This document shows positions 53,501-64,000 of a DNA stretch of 64,000 nt, piece by piece (the stretch's first letter is position 1; each line of letters starts with the position of its first letter). The position numbers and the translations under genes were made by a program. This DNA is from Chrysomallon squamiferum (lineage: Eukaryota > Animalia > Mollusca): contig CM022665.1 of the NCBI GenBank assembly GCA_012295275.1, positions 22,816,001 through 22,880,000 on the forward strand. Direction: 5' to 3'. Under the pieces are notes generated by a model. It searched no databases. It had not been told where the DNA came from and saw only the letters and a list, made by a program, of their open reading frames with translations.

Positions 53501-54334
53501 TTCTGTTACACAAATGACGGTGTTTAAGGCAATGTTAACACATCAGTGAATAGCAGTTGAAAAGTGACTAGAATCTCATATTTTGCTGTAATCATGGGTT
53601 TCTGAGACTGTTTTAGAACTATTTTAGCTGTACTGGTTGCATACTGTGTAATAACTCCAGACTTGCACTATTATACTCATATCGTTGGCTGAGTTATTCA
53701 TTCGGTAGATAAAATAATCTCATGGACATATCAGGAAATTCCAGTGCTATTTTCGTACTGTTCTGAATTTTGCTTACAGCATTCAGACTTTAAACCCGAA
53801 CTAGCATAATAACAAGATTCTTTTGGATTGTGGTTTTGGTTCTGTTTTTATTTTTTTTTCTAAATTCGAATCCTGGATCAACTGTTGGAAGATTAGTGCA
53901 AGTCGTTGCCAGATAAAGAGGTAGGCCATGTTTATTTTATTTCTTCACTGTTTTGATTATGGTGCGAGATTTGGCAAAGTACGTTTCTTTGTTTAGATGG
54001 GCTTACTTGATTTTGTTATATCTATTTCCCAAGTGATTCAGAGATAGAAAAAACAGGTGTTGCGCTCATTAGGCATCTAGTAAATAAATCGTAAATAGAT
54101 TGAATTAGAAAGGCGAACGGGAAATTAATCAAGGTGCTTTCGTTATTATTTTAGTTTCGTATGTTTGTCTGTATTATATATTATGTATGTATATATGTAT
54201 GTATGTATGTATGTATATAAACACACACGTATATGCGTGTCAGTATGTATGTGTATGTGTATATATGTATGTACATATATATGTACATTTGCATGAATGT
54301 GTATGTTTTTGTGTATGTTACGTGTATATTTATA

Positions 54335-54382
<48 letters not shown>

Positions 54383-54721
54383 CATAAAAACGTGTATATT
54401 TGTTTATGTGACTGTGTGTAGATTGGTTCATGTGTGTATGTATATATTTGTGAAAAGATGGCTAAGCGCCCAAACCTCTCCTTGAGAAACACAGAGCGTA
54501 CTGCAGAGGCAAGACGATCATGAAGATTCATTTATTATTTATCTAGCTATTAGATTAAATTTGCTTTATTATCTCAATTTCTGTCAAAGCAAAAAGGCTA
54601 TATACATGACATTTATCGTTGGTTTACCATAATTAATCCGTGGTCAGAATTACACACGTAAACAAAGAAAAAAAGAGTAAGAAAGAGAGAATGGAAGAGA
54701 GAGATAGATAAACAGACAGAC

Positions 54722-54873
<152 letters not shown>

Positions 54874-56811
54874 ATAATAAGTAAATGAAAGAGACAATAT
54901 AAGAGTAAGGGACAGAAAGTGAAATATATTCTATGTAATATATTTGTGAAAAGCCATAAGAGGAAGAGAAAAAAAAAAAAAAAAATGAAGAAAGAGAAAA
55001 GAAATGATAAAGAAAAAAAAAATTAGATACAAGTGATCATGGCTGGGTAATCTATCATTACATCACAGCCGACAACTATTAGCATGCATATATCAGACAT
55101 TAACCTCCCAACAGTTTACTTCACACTTTCACATAACTGTAAAAAAATAAGAGGTAAGTGGGATAAAAAAACAAAAAAACGATATGAAGCAGGTATCTAT
55201 ATTTATATCTGTGCAAAATAATAATGTGATTTCAGAAACACTTCATAAAATGTTAGTGTTGTGTTTCGCAAGACAAATGACTGTTATTAACGTTTTAACT
55301 CGGCATCATTCTACAGAAAAAAAAAAAAACATTTAATCCATTTTATTAGAGGCTAATGGAAAACGGGAACAGATTTGTTTGTCCAATTTTTATATCCTGC
55401 CAACTAACTGCGAGACCTATGATTAAAATCATGTCGGGGGACGCTTTTAATAGCACGTCTGTCGAAATGTATTTAATTTTTCGCGACTGGTGCATGGGGA
55501 ACAAAGAACGTTTAGCATAATTATGTATCCATTTTGTGCAATCACCGCGTGAGAAAAACGGTGACAAGAGAACGCGACCACGTGCACTCCCACGACAGAT
55601 GTCGGATAGCTGGGGAGAGGCTGCCGTGTCTGCGAGGCCCTGCAGAACTACTTCAATTATAACACACTGACAGCAAAACACCGCTCGGTGTTTCTGTTTG
55701 CACTCTGCTCGATAAATCTTTGAACGAGTCCTCATCCGATTCCTTCTTATTCTCCTTACTTGGTGCTGCCTAGAAAACAAGTACGATTTTTTTTTTTTTG
55801 ATTTTTTTTTTTTAGTCCTCTCGCGCCTGCTGCAGAGGTAATTGGAAATTAATATTTCAAGAGGTTACGTGATGTTCAAGTAGAGTTTCATCTTGTGCGC
55901 TGTTGAGATTGCAGCCGCTGTCGCTGTCAGAAAGTCAGTGGTGGTCTGGAGCGCTCAAGTGTGACATCTCCAAGACAAACTGGAAAGATTTTTTTTTTCT
56001 TTTTTATGAAAGAAAAAAACATTTTGAAATTGCACTTTCGTCTACTGCTTGTTAGCTGTCAATAAAATATAATAACAGGAACATTCAGTTCGTTATTAAA
56101 GCAAAAAAAAATATCCCATTTTATTCCTTAATCCTTTATTATTTTGAGATGTGAAGAATAAACCAACACGCTTTACCAATAGGATTATTACTGTTGATAG
56201 TCATAGAAAATTTATGTGCATTTTCCGTCAGATGTGGAAGCTGATATCCTGCCTTTGATTACATTAATCAGTGAGCACCAGTTGGAACGGAAATGGCCCA
56301 GTAGGTCCACCGCAGTAGATCGATCCGTGTATCCTTTGCGTAGAAAAAACATGCTGCGTTACTACATTTCGACTCGCTCCAGCGCGCCTTGTAAGCGATA
56401 CCTGGCCGATAACGTCAAGGGTCAACGCATCACATTCAGTTCTAACTACAGTGACTGTTGGAATATATTTTAATAACTATTAGTAAAGCCTAAAATTATA
56501 TACTGCTATAATTATATACATTTACAACAGCAGAACAATCACCTTTAAGCGAATTTAGCATCGTAGGCGACTCTTCTTGTCTGGTGTGTAATTTGGTGAC
56601 TTTTGTGTTCTTACACTAAGAAGCTTAGCAGAGTTAAAATGAAGCTGTTCTTTCTCCATTAGTCTACAATAAGCATCTAGGTGTCTATTGTCGTGTTGTT
56701 CTGGATTATTTTAATAGTATAGGAGAAGGTTGAAAAGATTTATAGACTAGAGCTTCAACAAAAAAAATGGAGAATTAGCGAGGAATGTCGAGACAGGGGA
56801 CTAGATAAATA

Positions 56812-56930
<119 letters not shown>

Positions 56931-59900
56931 ATGTAAGGAGGAAAAAGGATGAGAAATCAAAAGACGAAGAAAGACAATGGATTATTTCTCATTTCTCTGA
57001 ATAATTAAGCTGTTCTCCAACTGATAAAATAAAATATATAATCAGACTACATTTCATTTAGACAGATATGTTTAATAAAACATCTCCTGCTTTCTTTTAT
57101 TTATAATTTCTACATCCTAACGATCACACCGCACGCAATCCAGAGATGATAGCAGCTCACTTATTTATTTATTTGACGAAAAGAACACCAGATTTCAGTC
57201 TGCTTGCGTTTTATGTAGAAAACTGATACACATGGTTTTCTGCTTGAAATATTTCTGTATGAAACGTCCTGTCAAGACGATGTGCATAAACCCGTGTTAC
57301 AACTTTCCAGAGAGTTCTGGGCTTTTTTAAAATTTCTTTTAACATTCATCAAAATTATCTTTTAATATGCATTAAGAAATATTATTTTTTTTCCTCCTAT
57401 AATTTACTTTTTGAAAACAAATCCTGAAGGTACGTTTCGCTAAATAATTATATAAAAAGCTTTCAGATTCGATAGATGTGCAGTAACAGTGATTGTGAAT
57501 GTCATTATGTCAGCGGCCTTATAATTGGTAGATATAATGTGATCGCGCTAACATACTGACACAAAGATTGTTCTTCGGCAGATATTCCGGACTCCAGGTC
57601 TTTGTGCCCAGGACAGACGTACTCGAACTCTCGGGGGATAGTGGCACGATGATAGAATAGAACAGAATCAGTGGGTGTTGTTTGTCGTTTCATATAACTA
57701 TTAACCCTGGACCCTTATAAAGGTCAGGACTTTTAATAACGTCTGGTCAAATTGAACAATACGGGCGTTTCATGGGAAACCGTCCACACAGCGAATACAA
57801 AGAACTGCTGTGTTAGAAGAGAGATATATGAAGTCGTCTTTTGTGAGAAAGAAAACAATTATAACAACAAAGTTCCTCCAAATGAATTGCTTTTCCTTTT
57901 CCCTGGGAAATCGCAAGATGAATATGCCAATATCCAATCCACAGGGAACACTATTTTGAACAGTTTTAGTGTTGAGAGTCTATTGGTCTAGTTCAGTAAT
58001 TGTGTTAGATGTTCTGGTGGGTTCAAAGAACCAGTGAGAAATATATATCTCTTTGTCTAGCTGTCTGTCCTTCTGTTTTCCATCCTGTTTATTTCTCTCT
58101 CTGCATAGATATATAGCAACTGAATAGACACAACATACGTCAGAATTTTAGTAAAAGCTACTAAATTGGAAAAGAATTATATATTAAGAATTATTTTGCT
58201 ATTATAATTATTACAGAAGAAAGCAACAACCCAAAACAAACAACATTAATTAGTAACTTATACATGGAAACAAAAACATTAAAGAAGAAAATAAGTAATT
58301 CCCACAGGTCAAAACAGAATACATTTGTGACAGCTCTTTATGCGGAAAGAATTTCCGAATAATGGTTTTATAAATAATATAACATCCGTTTTATTTGGAA
58401 AAAGAAATAAATAAATCGATAATGTCTTTTGTTTAACAGTGAACATATTAACCGTTAATTTGAGCAAACAAAGCTATAGACTATATTAAATCCACTGCTA
58501 TTGTATTAAAGTAATCATCCTCACACTCCGACAATCAGAGCTTGCAATCAGTCCAGGCAGAGTATCAGTGGTGTGAGCCGACGTGTATTATTAACGCGTT
58601 ACTTATAGACAACGCTTTATTAGCCATTACGCTAATGGATGGCTTGCAAACTGTAATAAATCGAAGGCAAGAAGGAAATGTGATGTATTTAGACGACAAT
58701 CAATACCAATACGCCGACATCAATACCTTCTTAATGTCAAACACTGTCCTGTTCTTGTTGTCGACGATGCACCTGATATCGCTGGATAAATACCAGCGAG
58801 CTGCACAGACTTAGGTGAAGAAGATAAGATTTTAACAAGCAGGATGTTTTTAAAATCATTATTCAATTAAGTATCTGTTACAGAAATTATCATACTGACT
58901 TGGAAAAGTGGGATGAAAGAAAAGCACTAAATTGCATCTTGGCAGCATCCAGTTTAATGTAACGCACTTTTCCTTGGTTAATAGACAATTGGTGTGAAAG
59001 AAACACACACACACACATATATATACACTGAGCCAGACAGAAAGAGACTGAGAAAGTATGTATTGCAGATATAATGGATATATAAAATGTATATATTCAT
59101 TTCTTATTTTTAACGATTAACACACACACACACACACACACTCGAATAACATTCGTTCCTTTGTTAATTCATTAATCCATTTTAAAAATAATAAATATTG
59201 TATATAAATTATACAGTTTCAACACATGCAGTGATCTTTACAATTAACCTATTCTGAAACACAAAATAAAAATTTTGAATTTTACATATTTAATTTTGTT
59301 CAAATTTATAGCAAAAAGGAGCTATACTCAATTTGTATTGATTTATAGCTAGTAAAATTAATTTTAATTCCTGTCATTTCCTTACAAAATCATTCTGAAA
59401 TAGTTGCCAATTATTTAAATTAAAATATCTCTTCTCCTTCACCATTCCTCTTGAATGCTGCTTCCAAGTCTTCCCTTATTTCACATTTCAATATCAAAAA
59501 GCGCAGATTTCTGACAGTGAAATATCTCCAGTGATTAACAAGGAAGAAAAAAAAAATAATTAGTTGATTTTGCAGTCATGCCATATGCTAGCTTCTCTGG
59601 AGAATGACAGGTATCGTCTGTATAAGCCGACTCACACCATTTGATATGTAAAAATTATGCAGTTGAAAACTCGTCTTGATAAAGCGTATGTCGTTCTTCT
59701 TGGGCAGTACCTCGTTAATTTCGTTCCGGTGTACCCACGCAGCAAATCCGTGCCTACAGCAGCTGGAACTGTCAATCAGGGCGAAGTTGATACGACACAA
59801 GAGAACTGCCGATTCGTGTAATTGAATTTTTTTTCTTCTTCTTCGTATCGGCACCTTTAATATGCTTCCTGCTAACAATTTTCTTTAAAAAAAAGTCTCA

Positions 59901-62900
59901 CAGAGACGTAATAAGGTATTCAAGACCTCTTGGCAAGGAACAGAAATTGGTCATTTTTATTTCTGCTGCAGAATAACGAATATAAAAAAGGGCTCTGCAT
60001 GATAATGCGCTTGCTGGAATTGCTGGTTAATTATTAAATATAATGATTTATGCTGTCTTGTTTGGTGAAAGGTGACCGCAGAAAGCCAATTAAGCGATAA
60101 AAATATAGACAGAGGATAACCCATGTCACACAAACACTAGAGATAAAGCAAAGCTGATTTCCATTAAAATCTGTTCTTTACTAGAATTTTATGTATTTCT
60201 AAAATGAATTTAATTATTATAATTATCATCTTGACAGATGTAATTATATAATTTTTAGTCATCATCATCATCGTCATCTTCAACGTTTGCATTAGATCAT
60301 CAATATCATCACTGTCGATAATGATGATAATAATAAATAATGATTATGGTTTTTGTTTTTGTCATGAACATCATCACTTTCTTCCTGATAATCATCATCA
60401 ATTATGTAACTTCCATTTTTTGTAGAATAATTATTACTGTTATTATCATCATGTTATCTTATTCAGTCAGTTTTTGCAAATAGGCCATACACATGACACC
60501 AATTCCATATAGCGCCAGCCTTCTAAATAATCAATAGAAACTAATTAAAGAGTAGCATCATATACGAGGTGACATAAGTACGCAGCAGCATGATTAATAT
60601 TACAACACGTTAACCACCTATCTGTCTATACTTAGAGTAACGAACACAGGTTATGTAAACGGTTGCCTGCTTGATATAATTCTATTCTAATTTAGTACTT
60701 TATGTATGCATGTCTCGATACTTATCAAATGCAGATCTATGTAAATAAATAATATATCTTGCTATATGCACGAAACCATTATATTCAAGAAAGTAAAAAA
60801 AATAAAAATAAAAAAATAGATGAAATTATTTTAGCTGGCTGATCACAAATATGCTTGCTAAATCACCTATTTCTAAATGACGCAAGCACCCATCCATCCA
60901 TCCATCCCTTTGTAAATTAATCCATTCACCCATCCATTCATCTGTTCATGCATCCATCTATTCATCCATGAAAGAATTAACACAAATATACACAAACTGC
61001 AATTTGTTTTTGGCATACCTCGCCCTACATTCTTTCTTGCAACGTTGCTAGATAGCACAGTTTTGTCCCATGCTAGCAAGTAGTTGTTTTAGTTGTAGAT
61101 AATTATTCAATTATTTCCCAATAATAGACCTATAGGTCATTCTCCATCTGAACCAGTGAACAGCAGCTAATTTCATTAGAGTTCATTTATAGCAACGTGT
61201 TACGCGGAGTTAGAACTAACTCGATAGTTTCTTGCTGTTATTCAGCATTCAATTTAATAAAATTTGTATGCTGTATTTCCTTAACATTTGCTAGGGAATT
61301 ATAGTTTCTCTACAATAAAAATATAAATAAAGTATATGAAATATTTTATTCATTAGAAATAAATAATCAAGAAGAATCGTAATGATATATCTTTGCAGTA
61401 AACTATTAAATGTGATGACACACACACATACATACACACACACATGCATAAATACATTTTATACTAATACATACAAACATACATAATTAGTATCTATATG
61501 AAGATCAAAATCTTGTGTCATATCTTTTTAAAAATATTCTTTCTTTTCATTTTCTTCGTCATCTTCTCTGGTCCGGAAAAGCTTTTAGTTGTTACGGATT
61601 AAAGACGAAAAATTTTGTTTGTGAAGTATTAACACATATATACCCAAAAGGCTTTACTAAGTAAAAACACATGGTAACAGTAGACTGCGGGCGCCAATAC
61701 TGGCGGCCATTCCGTAATGAATGACATATAAATCTTTCTGAAGCTGGTTGCTTGCTTTCTTGACAGAATATGTCGTTTTATCGTCCTCAGACAGACTGAA
61801 GACCAGAAATAAGATTAAAGTTCAGATACACTAATAAACTGCAACGATACATGAAATATTTGTACGTCTCGGTAACCTAAACGATACCAGTCTGGACAAG
61901 AAATGTCAATACGACGTCCAGCATCAGCATCAAGAGTGTCTGAACGTGTTAGTTTAAAATTGTAATTTAGCATGAGATACATCACTGTGGGTTAATGTCA
62001 GACGAGTTACAATGTCATATTTGTATAAGTGAATGTGTCTGTATATGTATTTTGTCTGTGTGTTTGTGATATGTATGTAGGTATTTTTGTGGGTGTGTTT
62101 TTGTACATATGCAGGTATGTGTGTATATATTTATATTTATGCTTATATAATGGTTTATGATATATCTTTGCTGTATATACTTTTAATTTTACGTTCGTCC
62201 GAAAGTGCATGTATCATTATAATACAAATAAAATTTGGCACTCTATTATTATAAACAAATAATTATTCTCAATTTATATCTGTATATATAATTTTATTTT
62301 TTTATTTTTTTTTTTTTTTTAATTTAATCTGTAAAACAGCAGGCTAAAATTGGTTTTCTTTGAAACCTGTATTCATTTCCTCTAAATTCGTCTCCCCAGC
62401 CACTGTTCGTGTTCTGTGGCGGTTTAAATCAGAATCTCACAGGCAACCAATGATTATAGTGTCGGCTTGGCCCACAGACAACAACTTTCCAAACGCGTGC
62501 TCATCATTCGATTCAGCCCGCGGTAGTCTGCATCTCTCTGTACAATTTCCATCTGATTGTTTGTAACGTGAGAACAAGATTAACATGCAAATCCACTAAA
62601 TGCGTTCCTCGCAAAGTTATCAACTTGTACGAGATGCCAGAAGCGACATAGATCAGATCAGCAGCGCCCAAGATCTGATCGTTGTTAGAAAATGCAGACA
62701 GATGTTAGGACCAACGGACATGCTATGCGTGCTTTGTAATTAGCCGTGACAGGTTATCTTCAATAAGGAAACTAAAGTCAGTTCGGAAGAATTTAAACGT
62801 TTGTCATCGGTTTATTTGTGTAGAGAAGATGAAAGATAGGGTAGTGAAGTGATTTTGAGAATTTGAAACGGATGAAAGAGAACCACCAGCCAGCTCTGAA

Positions 62901-64000
62901 TAAATGATGTCAGATTAAACGTTCACCTCTTCAGTGGGCTGTTATTTTTGAAAATAGAATAGGATAGAGAACAAATAACATTATTATGTATTATCTGTAA
63001 AACATTTATTTTACATCACATTTCTTTTTATTGTAAAATATCGGAAACTATAACTACATCTAAGGTAACAAAGACAACTGTATTGACAAAGATCGATGAA
63101 TAATAAGAATAATAATATTCGTGCAATATTTGTTTTCCTCTCATCGCAAGTATTTTTCAGCGATTTAATATTGCTAACCTTGGCTTAGAATAAAATTTCC
63201 TTCTGTTTAAAACAACGCTTTGTCGAACTGTCCATTAGATTATTACACTGGAATTACTTTGATTTTGAATTTTTTTTATTTCAAAAAAGACGTTCTAATA
63301 TCCTAATGGTATTCTAAATAGTTTATACTATTTCCCTCTTTTTTTTTTTTTTTTTTTTAATTATTATTATTCACCCTTCTTCAAACTCGGCTTAAATAAC
63401 GGTTGGCAAATCTGTTCGAAACATGTTTTACACAACTGCTGAAAGGCTGTAAGGATTAGATTTTAAGATACCATAAATCTCCCAAGACACGGAGTTTTAT
63501 CCGATTGAGTCACATGATGTCTACGTGGTTTCTTTCGCGCGGCCACAAGACGGTGATTGCGACTAATCAGCGACTCTTCAAACACACTTCGCATCTTGTT
63601 CCAAAGAGCAATGCAATCCCAGGACGGTTTATTGATGGACCAGCGCTGGGAACAACAACACTCTAGATATCGATGAGATGATAGCATTAATACCCGCCCT
63701 GATTGCTGCCAGTAACATCCGCCACCATTTGAGCTTTACATAAATGTATGTCAAGCAGCTATTTGATTTTGTGATCTCTGAAATGTCTCCCGAGAGATTC
63801 CCATTAATGCTACAGCAACTGTTACATTTGCACCATGACTGGACAAATACTTATGCATTTGGCGACGGTTTGAAAAGCCAATTTTCGATCTTTTTTTGCC
63901 ATGGTGTTTCAGTAAACTCATACTGTTACATCAGGAATGAACAAATATTATGCATTTAATGATAGCTGAAAGCAAGAGTCAGTGATTGTGTCGGTGTTAA

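Noticed and set aside
55346-55780. 144-aa ORF, the longest in the desert (also 26489, 58542, 59588)
   Set aside because: No recognisable domain or coherent splice context; expected by chance in GC-richer islands.

Overview
Eukaryotic, AT-rich, microsatellite-dense animal DNA (probably a protostome invertebrate, possibly a mollusc; taxon is inference only). The first ~14 kb hold a local cluster of ionotropic glutamate receptor-family genes of the divergent Ionotropic Receptor (IR) type. Copy A is a complete 11-exon gene on the minus strand (ATG 10559, stop 5222; 1938-nt CDS, 645 aa by my manual splice model). Copy B is a tandem paralog on the minus strand (ATG 4372) with exons 1-7 in the window, running off the left edge. 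A third, more distant paralog lies head-to-head on the plus strand (11783-14146) and is a pseudogene with deletions, stops and frameshifts. The most striking signal is that A and B are almost identical over the N-terminal exons (2 differences in ~687 coding nt) and diverge abruptly where the ligand-binding domain starts (~21 differences in 222 nt). Copy A keeps the S1 Arg but lacks the S2 glutamate-binding Thr/Glu and has an unusual pore loop (Tyr at the Q/R-equivalent site, Arg at +1). The remaining ~50 kb contain no supportable coding exon: GC/CpG-richer islands alternate with AT-rich simple-repeat spacers, as in a regulatory desert or giant intron. Most ORFs in the supplied track are microsatellite artefacts. 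All counts were made by eye, without tools.
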